Source: Deferribacterales bacterium (GTDB lineage Bacteria > Chrysiogenota > Deferribacteres > Deferribacterales > Geovibrionaceae). Taken from it: 64,000 nt of DNA. The stretch lies in NCBI GenBank assembly GCA_050251945.1, contig JBFWLW010000003.1:256001-320000 (forward strand), in the 5' to 3' direction. Shown here one piece after another: positions 42,767 through 54,303 of this stretch; the stretch's first letter is position 1; each line of letters starts with the position of its first letter. The notes below the pieces were generated by a model that was not told the origin of the DNA, ran no database searches, and saw nothing but the letters and a program-made list of their open reading frames with translations. Made by a program: the position numbers and the translations under genes.

Positions 42767-43795
42767 GTGTCCAGAATAAGTTTTGACGAAGGATGCAGGA
42801 TGCTTGCCGATGCCGATCTTTTCGTGCTGGCGGGACTTGCGGACGAAATGAGGCAAAGACTCCACCCGGAGGGCGTGGTCGCTTACGTCATTGACAGAAA
42901 CATAAATTATACAAATATATGCTCCTGTAAATGTTCTTTCTGTGCTTTTTATAAGGATATAAAGGACAAGGGCGGATATGTAATAAGCCATGAACTGCTG
43001 AAATCCAAAATAGATGAAACGAAGGAACTGGGCGGGACGCAGATTCTTTTACAGGGCGGTCTGCATCCTGAACTTGGTATAGATTTCTATGAAGATATGA
43101 TGCGCTTTATCAAGGAACAGGGGGTCTGGATACACGGACTTTCCGCACCGGAGATAAGCCACATAGCGAAACTTGAGGGCATGTCCGTTGAGGACACCAT
43201 AAAAAGGCTTGTTGCCGCCGGGCTGGATTCGATACCAGGTGCGGGCGCAGAGCTTCTGGTTGATTCCGAAAGGAGGCTGGTAAGCCCGAATAAGATATCT
43301 TCCGGCAAGTGGCTGGGGGTTATGGAAACCGCCCACGGACTGGGTCTTAAGACAACTGCAACAATGATGTTTAAAAAAACAGATAAAGTTGAGCATATTA
43401 TCGAGCATTTTGATAAAATAAGGAGTGTACAGGACAGAACGGGCGGTTTTACGGCGTTCATCCCGTGGCCTTATCAGCCTGCGAACACGGAACTTGGCGG
43501 AGAGAACGTTTCTGCCGTTGAATATCTCAGGCTGCTCGCAATGGCTCGTATATATCTGGACAACGTTCCGAATATACAGGTGTCGTGGGTTACGCAGGGA
43601 CCGAAGATCGGTCAGACGGCGCTCAGGTTCGGCGGGAACGATTTCGGCAGTCTGATGATAGAAGAGAACGTTGTTGCGGCATGCGGAGTGGGTTTCCGCA
43701 TGAGCATAGAAGAAATAAACAATAATATCCGCAAGGCGGGCTTTATCCCTGCCCAGCGGGATATGCAATACAACATATTGAGGTATTTCGACTGA
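42767..43795 (+). CDS. mqnC: Cyclic dehypoxanthinyl futalosine synthase (radical SAM, futalosine menaquinone pathway)
   Basis: RNINYTNICSCKCSFCAF, LLQGG, PGAGAE, QVSWVTQG, NDFGSLMIEENVV. GTG start at 42767 after GAGG. Confidence 0.9.
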   Translation: MSRISFDEGCRMLADADLFVLAGLADEMRQRLHPEGVVAYVIDRNINYTNICSCKCSFCAFYKDIKDKGGYVISHELLKSKIDETKELGGTQILLQGGLHPELGIDFYEDMMRFIKEQGVWIHGLSAPEISHIAKLEGMSVEDTIKRLVAAGLDSIPGAGAELLVDSERRLVSPNKISSGKWLGVMETAHGLGLKTTATMMFKKTDKVEHIIEHFDKIRSVQDRTGGFTAFIPWPYQPANTELGGENVSAVEYLRLLAMARIYLDNVPNIQVSWVTQGPKIGQTALRFGGNDFGSLMIEENVVAACGVGFRMSIEEINNNIRKAGFIPAQRDMQYNILRYFD

Positions 43796-44967
43796 AAAGA
43801 GACTTTCTGGAGGTTCTCGTTGAGATCTCCGAAAAAATGAACAGCATGTTTGAGCTGCATAACCTCCTTCCGGCTATAATCAACATAGCAAAGGAATATC
43901 TGGGGGTTAAGCGTATCTCTCTGATGCTCATCGAGGATGAGTATCTGAAGATGTATGCCCACGCAGGTTTTGAGGTCGACCACTCCAGCGTCCACATCCG
44001 CCTTGGTGACGGAGTAGCCGGAAAGGTTGCCAAAACAGGCATAGAAGTCATGTCTAACAAAGCGGAGACAGATAACGACGTTCTGGGTTATCAGACCTCT
44101 TCTTTCATGTCGGTTCCTCTGAAAAAAGGTGACAAAGTTCTTGGGGTTTTAAACCTTACGGACAAGGAAGATGATTTTTTCACAGAGGACGATGTGAAAA
44201 TTGCACGTTTTATCGCCTCTCAGTGCGCACTGGGAGTTGACAGATTTAATATGTACAGCGACATGCGCAAAAGTGAAAATCTCAGAGTGATAGGGATGCT
44301 TAATTCCTCCATCGCTCACGACATAAAAAATCTGCTGAACATTGTTCAGTCTTATCTGGAGCTTATGGCGCAGGAAAAAGATATTAAACCTGAAACGCAG
44401 GAATATATCGACGCCATTCACTCCGAGGTTAAGCGTATCCACGGACTTACTCTGGATATTCTGGATTTTTCCAGACAGAGGGTTTCCATCACCATTGAAA
44501 CTTTCAGGATATCCGAGCTGTTTGATGAAATCAGAAAACATGCCAATATAATGACCAGAGACACGGCGATCCGTGTAGATGTTGAAGTTTTAGACGATAT
44601 TATAATGAAGGTGGACAGAGGCAAGATATTCAGAGTGATTTTCAATCTTGTCTCAAATGCTATCGACGCGCTGCCGACGAAAGGCATCGTAAGACTGACC
44701 GCTCAGAAGGAAGGAGACCTTTGTGTCATAAAGATACGTGACACAGGTTCGGGGATAAGCAGCGAAAACCGGAAAAAGCTGTTTCAGCCGTTTTTTACCT
44801 CCGGAAAGGCTAAAGGAACGGGGCTGGGGTTGGCCATCGTAAAGATGATAGTGGAAGCGCACTGCGGTACGATCGATGTGGATTCGGATGAAGGGGTGTT
44901 CACCGAATTTACCGTGAGGATACCATTTAATTATGAATCTATTAAGGAATTACACAGGCAGGGATGA
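43792..44967 (+). CDS. GAF-domain sensor histidine kinase
   Basis: GAF domain, AHDIKN H-box, NLVSNAIDA, DTGSG, GTGLGL. Probable CTG start at 43792 (first in-frame ATG at 43837). Confidence 0.9.
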   Translation: MKRDFLEVLVEISEKMNSMFELHNLLPAIINIAKEYLGVKRISLMLIEDEYLKMYAHAGFEVDHSSVHIRLGDGVAGKVAKTGIEVMSNKAETDNDVLGYQTSSFMSVPLKKGDKVLGVLNLTDKEDDFFTEDDVKIARFIASQCALGVDRFNMYSDMRKSENLRVIGMLNSSIAHDIKNLLNIVQSYLELMAQEKDIKPETQEYIDAIHSEVKRIHGLTLDILDFSRQRVSITIETFRISELFDEIRKHANIMTRDTAIRVDVEVLDDIIMKVDRGKIFRVIFNLVSNAIDALPTKGIVRLTAQKEGDLCVIKIRDTGSGISSENRKKLFQPFFTSGKAKGTGLGLAIVKMIVEAHCGTIDVDSDEGVFTEFTVRIPFNYESIKELHRQG

Positions 44968-46474
44968 AAAAAGCCTCATAGTGCTCATGTCGGACAGATA
45001 TGATCTTGAAGGCGCTGATTTTATCACTTCGCGGGACGAACACGGAAGGACAATCATTAAGGTTGTCAGCGATAAGGCTGTGCCTCCGATCATAGAGGTC
45101 AGGGTTACAGCAGACGGCTTGCGTGCGTATCTTGACGTTTACCCCGGGATAAACACCGAAAGTGCTATATCAGCGGACGATATTATGGTCTTGCTGCAAA
45201 ACGAAAGAATTACGGTGAATATCAACCGTGAGGCGATAAATAATATCGTGCGTCTTGCAGGTGATGGCGGAATATCTGAAAAAGTTCTGATTGCGGAAGG
45301 GGTTGAACCCATTTCCGGAAAAAACTCTCAGGTTATTCTTAATTTTGAGCCTGTTAATAACGCTCCGAAAGTATTGAAGAACGGAAGGGTTGACTATCGC
45401 AATGTTGACAACATCAGAGTTGTTAACGAAGGCGACCTGCTTCTGACTAAAAAACCAGCTACTGCCGGTGTGCGCGGTCTGACTGTCCGCAACGAAGAGA
45501 TTCAGGCGGAACCGGGAACAGACACGGAAATATACACAGGCGAAGGCGTGCGTTCCGAAAGGGACAACACGGAATTTTATGCCGCAACGGACGGATGCGT
45601 CACCTTTCTGCGCAATACTTTGGAGGTCAGCCCTGTGTTCACTGTCCGCAGTAACGTGGACTACAGCACGGGTAACATAGTCTTCAACGGCAACGTTTAT
45701 ATAAAAAATGATGTCCTTTCAAACTTTACAGTTAAGGCGGAGAAGGATATCTTTATCGAAGGCGTCTGTCAGGACGCTATAATTGAGAGCGGCGGCAACG
45801 TCGTCATAAAGCTCGGTGTCCGCGGCGACGGAAAAGGGCTGATAACCGCCAAGGGTGACGTTTTCATCGGATATGCGGAAAATGCGAACATTGAGGCGCG
45901 CGGCAACATAGAGGTTACCAAATACGCATATAACTCCCGTCTGCGCTCAGGCGGCAGGATTGAAGCCGTCAAAGACCCGGGAATAATTGCGGGCGGCGAA
46001 GTGATAGCATTTGAAGAGATTCGTATCCTTCAGGCGGGAACTGTAGGAAACTCCAGATTCACCATCAGCGTGGGTACGAAATTTTATTTTGAAAAAGAAC
46101 TCGAAGAGCTTAAATTAAACAAAGATAAGTTCGTTGAGAACAAGGCAAAGATCGACGAATTTCTCGGCGGCGTGAACCTCAGAAAAAAAGAGGTGCTGGA
46201 AAACCCGAAGGTTCGTCAGCTTATTGCGCTCAGAAAGCAGCTTGACGGAAAGATAGCCGTTGCTGATGCTGCCATGCAGAAGCTCATCAGAGAGGCACAT
46301 CACCCCAGACCCAAATTAAAAGTGCAGGGTGAACTTTACGGCGGCATAGACGTTCAGGTATACAGAGAAAGAGTATCAATCAGGGAGAACCAGAAGAACA
46401 TGGTCTATTTTTTCGACGATAAATATCAGAGAATACAGGCGATTTCACTGGAAGACAAAGAATGGGATGAATGA
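44933..46474 (+). CDS. FapA/DUF342 family protein
   Basis: GRVDYRN, VDYSTGNIVFNG, beta-helix repeats and a C-terminal coiled coil. Confidence 0.88.
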   Translation: MNLLRNYTGRDEKSLIVLMSDRYDLEGADFITSRDEHGRTIIKVVSDKAVPPIIEVRVTADGLRAYLDVYPGINTESAISADDIMVLLQNERITVNINREAINNIVRLAGDGGISEKVLIAEGVEPISGKNSQVILNFEPVNNAPKVLKNGRVDYRNVDNIRVVNEGDLLLTKKPATAGVRGLTVRNEEIQAEPGTDTEIYTGEGVRSERDNTEFYAATDGCVTFLRNTLEVSPVFTVRSNVDYSTGNIVFNGNVYIKNDVLSNFTVKAEKDIFIEGVCQDAIIESGGNVVIKLGVRGDGKGLITAKGDVFIGYAENANIEARGNIEVTKYAYNSRLRSGGRIEAVKDPGIIAGGEVIAFEEIRILQAGTVGNSRFTISVGTKFYFEKELEELKLNKDKFVENKAKIDEFLGGVNLRKKEVLENPKVRQLIALRKQLDGKIAVADAAMQKLIREAHHPRPKLKVQGELYGGIDVQVYRERVSIRENQKNMVYFFDDKYQRIQAISLEDKEWDE

Positions 46475-49271
46475 TCATATTATTATTAAAGGGGCAAGGC
46501 AGCATAATCTAAAGAATATCAATCTGAATATTCCAAAAAACAGGCTGGTGGTTATAACGGGGGTTTCCGGTTCAGGAAAATCCACACTCGCCTTTGACAC
46601 TCTGTACGCAGAGGGTCAGAGACGCTATGTGGAGTCCCTTTCGGCTTATGCCCGTCAGTTCCTTGAACTTATGGAAAAACCCGATGTGGATTCGATAGAT
46701 TACCTTTCTCCTGCCATCAGCATCGAACAGAAATCAATCAGCCGCAACCCGCGTTCAACTGTCGGCACGATCACGGAAATATACGATTATATGCGTCTGC
46801 TCTGGGCAAGAGCCGGAAAGGTCTACTGCTACAGCTGCGGGCGTGAGGTGGCGAGCTATTCCGTTCAGCAGATAGTCGACAGGATAATGTCGCTGGGAGA
46901 GGACGCAAAGGCGGAGCTTCTGGCTCCTGTCGTCCGCGGTAAAAAGGGCGAATATAAAAAACTCTTCGAGAAACTGCTGAAAGACGGATACGTCCGCGCA
47001 TATGTAGACGGCGAAGTAAAACGTCTGGAAGAGCCTATCGAACTGGACAAGAACGTCAAACACAGCATCTCCGTCGTCATCGACAGGCTTAAGATAAAAG
47101 AGGGCATAAAGCGCAGGCTGACGGATTCCGTTGAAACGGCGCTCAGGCTTGGCGAAGGACTTTGCGAGGTCGCAACGGACGACGGAATGAACCTCTATTC
47201 GCAGAATTTCACCTGTCCCGACTGCGATATCAGCATCGAAGAGGTTGAGCCCAGAAGTTTTTCGTTCAACAACCCGTTCGGCGCCTGTCCGGAGTGCGAA
47301 GGTCTCGGCGAAATGCAGGTGTTCGATATAGACTCCATAGTTCCCGACCCGAAACTCAGCGTTCGCGAGGGCGCTCTCAAGCCTTGGGAACAATTTGATA
47401 ATTTTCATTATTACAATACACTCGTGGCTTTGTCCGAACAGTTCGGCATAGATATGAACAAGCCGTTCGGCTCTCTTGACAAGAAGCATCAGGATATCCT
47501 TTTGAACGGTATGGATGAACCCGTTAAGCTGTACACTTTCAAGGGAGAAAAAAAGATTCCCTATGAAAAAAGATTTACCGGTGTGTGCGGGTATCTTAAA
47601 GAGAAGCTTTATACGGGTACCGTGACGGACAAAGAGTTTGCAAAGCGCTTCATGTCGGCACAGGACTGCCCTTCATGCCACGGAAGCAGGCTGAAAAAAA
47701 CCAGCCTTGCGGTGCGCATCGGAGACAGGAACATTGCCGAGGTTTCCGCAATGAACGTTAAAGAGGCGCTGGATTTCTTTTCCGCGCTGGAGTTTGACGG
47801 ATTCATTAAAGAGGTTGCGGACAAGATAATTACAGAGATAAAACGCAGGCTGGCGTTTCTTAACGACGTCGGTCTGAACTACATAACCATAGAGCGCAAA
47901 TCCGCTACACTGTCGGGCGGTGAGGCACAGCGTATCAGACTTGCCACGCAGATAGGTTCGGGGCTTACGGGCGTGCTTTACGTCCTTGATGAGCCGAGCA
48001 TCGGTCTGCACCAGCGCGACAACGATATGCTCATCGAGACGCTGAAAAACCTGCGGGATATCGGCAACTCTGTCATAGTTGTGGAACACGATGAGGACAC
48101 CATAAACGCCTGCGATTTCATTATTGATATGGGTCCCGGTGCGGGCAGAAAGGGCGGAGAAGTGGTCTTTACCGGACATCCCGAACTGCTGAAACACAGC
48201 GAAACGTCATTGACGGGAATGTATATGTCCGGACGCAAAGTGATAGAGGTTCCGGCGGAGCGCAGAAAGCCCGACGGCAGATATATTGAGCTTAAGAACG
48301 CTACCGAACACAACCTGAGAAACGTCAGCGTCAAGATTCCGCTGGGTCTTATGGTCTGTGTTACCGGGGTTTCAGGCTCCGGTAAATCAACGCTTATCAT
48401 GGATACCCTGCAGGCGGCTCTGAAAAAAGGACTGCTGGGAACCAACATGAAGACCGGTGCATACGGAAGCATCACGGGTACGGAGCATCTGGATAAGGTC
48501 ATTGATATTGACCAGTCGCCGATCGGCAGAACCCCCAGATCGAACCCGTCCACATATACGAGCCTGTTTTCGGATATCCGCGAAATGTTCGCCATGACGC
48601 CGGATGCCAAACTGCGCGGCTATAAAATCGGGCGTTTCAGCTTCAACGTTAAGTCCGGGCGCTGTGAAACATGTCAGGGTGAGGGATACATCAAGATAGA
48701 GATGCACTTTCTGCCGGACATGTATGTTAAATGCGACTCGTGCCACGGCGCGAGATACAACCGCGATACGCTGGATATCAAGTACAAAGGCAAAAGTATT
48801 GCCGACGTTCTTGACATGACAGTCAATCAGGCATTTGAGTTTTTTGAAAATATTCCGAAGTTATGTAATAAGCTTTCGGTTTTAAAAGATGTCGGTTTAG
48901 GTTATATTAAACTCGGACAGCCCGCAACCACCCTCTCCGGAGGTGAGGCACAACGGGTGAAGCTCTCAAAAGAGCTTATGAAAAAGCCAACGGGCAAAAC
49001 TATTTATATCTTCGATGAACCCACTACCGGTCTGCATTTTGATGATATAAACAAGCTGATAGGCATTTTCAAAAAGCTGACCGAGAGCGGAAACACTGTC
49101 ATTATCATTGAGCATAATCTTGATGTTATAAAGTGTGCCGACCACATCATCGACCTCGGACCCGAAGGCGGGATAGGCGGGGGTGAGATCATCTTCGAGG
49201 GAACACCCGAAGACTGTGTGAAATGCAAACAGTCCTATACGGGCAAATATCTGAAGGGAAAACTTTTGTAA
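46467..49271 (+). CDS. uvrA: Excinuclease ABC subunit A
   Basis: Two GVSGSGKS Walker A motifs, LSGGEAQR twice, zinc fingers. Confidence 0.98.
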   Translation: MNDHIIIKGARQHNLKNINLNIPKNRLVVITGVSGSGKSTLAFDTLYAEGQRRYVESLSAYARQFLELMEKPDVDSIDYLSPAISIEQKSISRNPRSTVGTITEIYDYMRLLWARAGKVYCYSCGREVASYSVQQIVDRIMSLGEDAKAELLAPVVRGKKGEYKKLFEKLLKDGYVRAYVDGEVKRLEEPIELDKNVKHSISVVIDRLKIKEGIKRRLTDSVETALRLGEGLCEVATDDGMNLYSQNFTCPDCDISIEEVEPRSFSFNNPFGACPECEGLGEMQVFDIDSIVPDPKLSVREGALKPWEQFDNFHYYNTLVALSEQFGIDMNKPFGSLDKKHQDILLNGMDEPVKLYTFKGEKKIPYEKRFTGVCGYLKEKLYTGTVTDKEFAKRFMSAQDCPSCHGSRLKKTSLAVRIGDRNIAEVSAMNVKEALDFFSALEFDGFIKEVADKIITEIKRRLAFLNDVGLNYITIERKSATLSGGEAQRIRLATQIGSGLTGVLYVLDEPSIGLHQRDNDMLIETLKNLRDIGNSVIVVEHDEDTINACDFIIDMGPGAGRKGGEVVFTGHPELLKHSETSLTGMYMSGRKVIEVPAERRKPDGRYIELKNATEHNLRNVSVKIPLGLMVCVTGVSGSGKSTLIMDTLQAALKKGLLGTNMKTGAYGSITGTEHLDKVIDIDQSPIGRTPRSNPSTYTSLFSDIREMFAMTPDAKLRGYKIGRFSFNVKSGRCETCQGEGYIKIEMHFLPDMYVKCDSCHGARYNRDTLDIKYKGKSIADVLDMTVNQAFEFFENIPKLCNKLSVLKDVGLGYIKLGQPATTLSGGEAQRVKLSKELMKKPTGKTIYIFDEPTTGLHFDDINKLIGIFKKLTESGNTVIIIEHNLDVIKCADHIIDLGPEGGIGGGEIIFEGTPEDCVKCKQSYTGKYLKGKLL

Positions 49272-51065
49272 ATGAAAAAACTGTTACTGGCGCTTCTCAT
49301 TGTTTTTACATGCCTCACGCTTTTTGCGGACGACATCGACGAATATAACTCCGCAAAAAGAGATTTTGACTATATAGAACACTCCGACAAGGTTACTCGG
49401 CGTTCGTATCTAATTGTAGCTGATAAGTTTTATAAACTTTACGCTTCCGCACCGAAGGCAGAGACGGGGGACGATTCCCTTAATTATGCCGCCCAGACTT
49501 ATTACAGAAGCTATTCCAGATTCGGATACCGCGACGATCTGCTCAAGGCGCTGCGTTATTTCAGAATTCTTTCCGGCAATTACGACACACCGCTCGCATC
49601 AAGAGCATACCTGCAATCAGCACGAATATACGAACAACAGAAGGATTACCCTTCATCACAATATATGCTCCGTAAACTCATCTCCAAATTTCCTAAATCT
49701 GACGATGCTGCGGAAGCAAGAAACAAGCTTGGCGAGATAGATACAAGGTTCGCTACCAAGACCCCTTCGGACAAACCGAAGAAGCCTGAGCTTAAACCCA
49801 AGGCTCCGGTTAAGAGCGAAACTGTTGCATATCATCCCAAAGCCGATGAGGACACTGCGGACAAAGCGCAGGTTTCAAACAGACAGACCAGTTTCGGCGA
49901 TATCAATACTCCAGCCAGCCTGCCCGAAGGCAGAGCGGCTGTGAAGCGTATCAGATATTTCACCACACCTGACTATACCCGCGTGGTTATGGATCTTTCC
50001 GGTAAAATAGAGTTCGATAAACACTGGCTTAAGGCTGACCCGTCCATACAGAAGCCGCCGCGGCTTTTCATAGACCTCAACAACGTTGTGGTCTCTCCCG
50101 AAATACCGCAGGATATAGAGATAAAAGACGGTCTTCTGCGTTCGCTCCGCTGGGCATATAACAGACCCGGAGTTGCCCGGGTGGTTCTGGACAGCGACAA
50201 CGTGCAGGACTTTACTGTTTTTGCAATGCCCGATCCCGACAGACTTGTTATAGATGTCAGCAACACAGCAGGAAGCCCGAAAGGACAGCCTGAACCCAAA
50301 GCACCAGTGAAAACGGAGGTTGCTTCATCTTCACCCGCGCCTTCCATCAAAGGCACAGGCAGTGCCGCCACATTGGCGAGCGTTTTCGGACTTAAGATAA
50401 AAAGCATTGTGATCGACCCCGGTCACGGCGGAAAAGACCCCGGCGCAAGCTATTACGGCGTTAAAGAGAAAGATGTCGTTCTGGACATCGGTAAAGAGCT
50501 TTATGCCCTTATTAAAGAATCATATCCCAATATTGACGTATACATGACAAGAAATACGGACGTATTTATACCCCTTGAAGAGAGAACCGCCTTTGCCAAC
50601 AGGAAAAAGGCAGACCTGTTCGTTTCAGTTCACATCAACGCCGCGCCGAATAAAAGCGCAAGAGGTGTTGAAACCTACGTTCTGAACGTTACCAACGACA
50701 AGCGCGCTCTTGCCGTTGCGGCTCTGGAAAACCAGACGACGCAAAAATCCATGTCGGATCTTCAGGGTATTCTGAAAGACCTGATGATGAACTCAAAACT
50801 GGAAGAATCGCTCCAGCTTGCGTCCTACGTTCAAAAGAACCTTCACACCGGACTTTATACCGACGGCCGATATAACCTCGGCGTTAAGCAGGCTCCGTTC
50901 TATGTCCTTGTAGGTGCGATGATGCCCTCAATACTCGTTGAGTGCGGATTTGTGTCGAATCAGGACGAGGCTGACAATCTTACCAAAGACAGCTATAGAA
51001 AAGAGATCGCAAAAGGTATATTCCAGGGCGTGACATCTTACATTAAACAGTTTAACGGTAATTAA
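49272..51065 (+). CDS. N-acetylmuramoyl-L-alanine amidase (TPR + AMIN + Amidase_3)
   Basis: Signal peptide, TPR-like helices, AMIN (RVVMDL, RLFID), IDPGHGGKDPGA, SVHIN, LVECGF. Confidence 0.92.
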   Translation: MKKLLLALLIVFTCLTLFADDIDEYNSAKRDFDYIEHSDKVTRRSYLIVADKFYKLYASAPKAETGDDSLNYAAQTYYRSYSRFGYRDDLLKALRYFRILSGNYDTPLASRAYLQSARIYEQQKDYPSSQYMLRKLISKFPKSDDAAEARNKLGEIDTRFATKTPSDKPKKPELKPKAPVKSETVAYHPKADEDTADKAQVSNRQTSFGDINTPASLPEGRAAVKRIRYFTTPDYTRVVMDLSGKIEFDKHWLKADPSIQKPPRLFIDLNNVVVSPEIPQDIEIKDGLLRSLRWAYNRPGVARVVLDSDNVQDFTVFAMPDPDRLVIDVSNTAGSPKGQPEPKAPVKTEVASSSPAPSIKGTGSAATLASVFGLKIKSIVIDPGHGGKDPGASYYGVKEKDVVLDIGKELYALIKESYPNIDVYMTRNTDVFIPLEERTAFANRKKADLFVSVHINAAPNKSARGVETYVLNVTNDKRALAVAALENQTTQKSMSDLQGILKDLMMNSKLEESLQLASYVQKNLHTGLYTDGRYNLGVKQAPFYVLVGAMMPSILVECGFVSNQDEADNLTKDSYRKEIAKGIFQGVTSYIKQFNGN

Positions 51066-51091
51066 AGACTACTTTTTTAATCGGAGACGCT

Positions 51092-52450
51092 ATGAATCTT
51101 ATGGTGCTTATCCTTGCGGCGGGCAAAGGGACACGTATGAAGTCCGACACGCCGAAAGTGCTTTTCAAAGCGGCAGGCAGACCTATGGTCGATTACGTTG
51201 TAGATGCGGCATCCGAACTTGGAGCGGAACGCATCAACGTTGTCATAGGAAACGGTGCGGAACTTGTTCAGAAACATCTGGCGGGGAAAGCGGAATTTTC
51301 TGTGCAGACGCAGCAGCGCGGCACAGGCGACGCTGTTATGGCGGCGGCAGACAGCATAAACAATTTCAGCGGAAAGGTTCTGATACTCTGCGGGGACATG
51401 CCCCTTGTTAAATCAGAAACCCTGAAAAGCTTCATTGAAGAGGCTGAGAAACATCCGGTGGCTTTCATGTCCGTGAAGGTGAAAAATCCTTTCGGCTACG
51501 GCAGGGTGATTCGCGGGGTAGACGATTCTGTGATCAAAATTGTTGAGGAAAAGGACGCCACAGAAGATGAAAAACGCGAAGACGAAATAAATACGGGAAT
51601 ATATCTGTGCGACAGCAAAGAGCTTATGGCGAGACTGGCGGAAGTCGACTGCAACAACGCGCAGGGCGAATATTACCTGACTGATATAGTGAAAAAAGGC
51701 GCTTACGCGCACCTTTGCAAAGACGAGACCGAGTTCTTAGGTGTCAATAACCGCGTTCAGCTTGCGGAAGCGTCCCGTGTCCTTTGGGACAGGGTTGCCG
51801 AAAGACACATGATGAACGGCGTTTCCATACTCGACCCCAAGAACTTTTACTGCGACTGCACTGTCGAAATAGATAACGACGTAACCGTCTATCCCAACGT
51901 TTTCCTTGAGGGCGACACTAAGATAGGCAAAGGGAGCATCGTTTACTCCGGTACGAGGATAAAGGACAGCGTTATCGCTGAAAACTGCGAGATAAAAGAG
52001 AACTGCCTCATAACCGAAAGCCATGTCGGAGCGGAAAGCCATATCGGCCCCATGGCGCATCTTCGCCCGGGCAGTGTGCTTGAGGGTGAAAATAAGGTAG
52101 GTAACTTTGTCGAGCTTAAAAAAGCTAAGATGGGTACCGGTTCCAAATCCAGCCACCTTACATACCTCGGCGATGCCGAGATAGGCAGGGATGTGAATAT
52201 CGGCTGCGGAACCATCACATGCAATTATGACGGATACAGCAAATATAAGACAATAATTGAGGACGGAGTGTTCGTCGGCAGTGACGTTCAGCTTGTGGCA
52301 CCTGTAAAGGTGGGCAGGGGCGCACTCATCGCAGCGGGTTCCACCATCACCAAGGACGTACCCGCCGATGCGCTGGGTATCACCCGCGCGAAACAGCAGA
52401 ACATGGAGGGCTGGGTCTCTTCATGGAAAAAGAAAAAAGGGGTTGAATGA
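51092..52450 (+). CDS. glmU: Bifunctional UDP-GlcNAc pyrophosphorylase/glucosamine-1-P acetyltransferase
   Basis: LAAGKGTRMKS, EYYLTD, hexapeptide repeats, CNYDG. Confidence 0.97.
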   Translation: MNLMVLILAAGKGTRMKSDTPKVLFKAAGRPMVDYVVDAASELGAERINVVIGNGAELVQKHLAGKAEFSVQTQQRGTGDAVMAAADSINNFSGKVLILCGDMPLVKSETLKSFIEEAEKHPVAFMSVKVKNPFGYGRVIRGVDDSVIKIVEEKDATEDEKREDEINTGIYLCDSKELMARLAEVDCNNAQGEYYLTDIVKKGAYAHLCKDETEFLGVNNRVQLAEASRVLWDRVAERHMMNGVSILDPKNFYCDCTVEIDNDVTVYPNVFLEGDTKIGKGSIVYSGTRIKDSVIAENCEIKENCLITESHVGAESHIGPMAHLRPGSVLEGENKVGNFVELKKAKMGTGSKSSHLTYLGDAEIGRDVNIGCGTITCNYDGYSKYKTIIEDGVFVGSDVQLVAPVKVGRGALIAAGSTITKDVPADALGITRAKQQNMEGWVSSWKKKKGVE

Positions 52451-52453
52451 TAT

Positions 52454-54277
52454 ATGTGCGGCATAGTCGGATATATTGGAGAACAGACAGCATCCCACAT
52501 ACTTGTGGAAGGTCTTACAAAGCTTGAATACAGAGGATACGATTCCGCAGGACTTGCACTTATGGAGGCGGAAGGCATAGAGATTGAACGCAGTGTGGGC
52601 AAGCTGATAAATCTGAAAAATCAGATAGCTCAGAAGCAGTTCACAGCCAGACTCGGAATCGGTCACACCCGATGGGCGACACACGGCAAGCCTTCTTTTG
52701 AGAACGCGCATCCTCACAGATCGAACGAGCTTGCCATAGTTCATAACGGCATAATAGAAAACTATCTGGAACTGAAGAAGTTCCTGCTGGATAAAGGGTA
52801 CACCTTTGCGTCGGAAACTGACACAGAGGTTGTCGCCCACATGATACACGAGAACTACGAAGGCGACCTGCTTAAAAGCGTGCAGAAAACTCTGAAACAG
52901 GTTCACGGATCATACGGTCTCGCCATAATCAGCGAAAAAGAGCCTGACAGGATAATCATAGCCAGAAAGGACAGCCCCCTCGTTATAGGCGTGGGCGATG
53001 GCGAAATGTTCGCCGCAAGCGATATACCCGCTGTTCTGTCACATACGCGCCGCTTCATATTTATGGAAGACGGTGACGTTGCCTGCCTGAAAAAAGACGG
53101 CTATCAGATATACGACAAGGACGATAAACCTGTTGCGAGGGAGATAAAGGTCATTGACTGGAACCCTGTGATGGCGGAAAAGGCCGGCTACAGCCACTTT
53201 ATGCAGAAAGAAATACACGAACAGCCCAGAGCCATCATAGACACTATCCGCGGCAAGTTCAGCCTTGAGAACGGAACAATCGGCAAAGAACTGCTCGAAG
53301 GCATTCAGGACAGAATAAACAGCTTTAACCGTATCGTGATAGTTGCGTGCGGGACAAGCTGGCACGCCGGACTTATCGGTAAATTCTACATCGAAAAATT
53401 CGCAAAGATACCAGTCGAAGTGGATATTGCGTCTGAATTCAGATACAGAGACCTTGTTATCGACGACAAGACACTTTTTGTCGCCATAACACAGTCGGGA
53501 GAAACCGCAGATACGCTTTCCGCCATGCGCATAGCCAAAAAGATGGGCGCTGCCGTTGCGGCGGTATGCAACGTGGTGGGGTCGTCGGTATCCCGCGAGG
53601 CTGACAGCACTGTTTATACCCACGCAGGTCCTGAGATCGGCGTTGCGTCGACAAAAGCGTTTACAACTCAGGTGGCAAGCCTGTTCCTTTTCGCACTCCA
53701 GCTTGCACAGACGAGAAAGACCCTTTCTGCGGAACAGATAAGATATTATCTTCAGGAACTCGTCAAAGTTCCCGAATCAATAGAAAAAGTGCTTAAACAG
53801 GAAGAAGATATTCTTGCCCTTGCAAAAAAATTCAAAGATGCAAGAGATTTCCTTTATCTGGGCAGAAACGTTAACTATCCCATAGCGCTTGAAGGCGCAC
53901 TCAAACTGAAAGAGATATCGTATATCCATGCGGAAGGATATCCGGCGGGTGAGATGAAGCACGGTCCCATTGCACTTATAGATGAAAACCTTCCCGTGTT
54001 TATCATATGTCCTCAGTCGTCCGTATATGAAAAGATAGCCTCCAATGTTCAGGAGGTAAAATCCAGAGACGGTATAGTTATCGCCGTTGTGACAGAGGGC
54101 GACACGGGACTTGATAAGCTGGCTGATTATAAGATAGAGATCCCTGCCATTGCCGAGGAACTTTCGGTGTTTCCATCCGTGGTGGTGACGCAGATATTCT
54201 CATATTATGTGGCGAGTCTTCTGGGGCTTGATGTAGATCAGCCCCGAAATCTGGCTAAATCTGTTACTGTTGAATAA
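52454..54277 (+). CDS. glmS: Glutamine-fructose-6-phosphate transaminase
   Basis: MCGIVG, GHTRWATHG, SQSGET-like TQSGET, C-terminal PRNLAKSVTVE (TnsD-recognised attTn7 sequence). Confidence 0.98.
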   Translation: MCGIVGYIGEQTASHILVEGLTKLEYRGYDSAGLALMEAEGIEIERSVGKLINLKNQIAQKQFTARLGIGHTRWATHGKPSFENAHPHRSNELAIVHNGIIENYLELKKFLLDKGYTFASETDTEVVAHMIHENYEGDLLKSVQKTLKQVHGSYGLAIISEKEPDRIIIARKDSPLVIGVGDGEMFAASDIPAVLSHTRRFIFMEDGDVACLKKDGYQIYDKDDKPVAREIKVIDWNPVMAEKAGYSHFMQKEIHEQPRAIIDTIRGKFSLENGTIGKELLEGIQDRINSFNRIVIVACGTSWHAGLIGKFYIEKFAKIPVEVDIASEFRYRDLVIDDKTLFVAITQSGETADTLSAMRIAKKMGAAVAAVCNVVGSSVSREADSTVYTHAGPEIGVASTKAFTTQVASLFLFALQLAQTRKTLSAEQIRYYLQELVKVPESIEKVLKQEEDILALAKKFKDARDFLYLGRNVNYPIALEGALKLKEISYIHAEGYPAGEMKHGPIALIDENLPVFIICPQSSVYEKIASNVQEVKSRDGIVIAVVTEGDTGLDKLADYKIEIPAIAEELSVFPSVVVTQIFSYYVASLLGLDVDQPRNLAKSVTVE

Positions 54278-54281
54278 TTGC

Positions 54282-54303
54282 GGGCGGCTTTGTGCCGCCC
54301 TTT
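54282..54303 (+). terminator. glmS intrinsic terminator, cut in its U-tract by the transposon
   Basis: GGGCGGC-TTTGT-GCCGCCC-TTT, directly followed by the TGT of the element end. Confidence 0.8.

Noticed and set aside
52440..52460. glmS ribozyme
   Set aside because: glmS starts 3 bp after glmU, leaving no leader to hold it.
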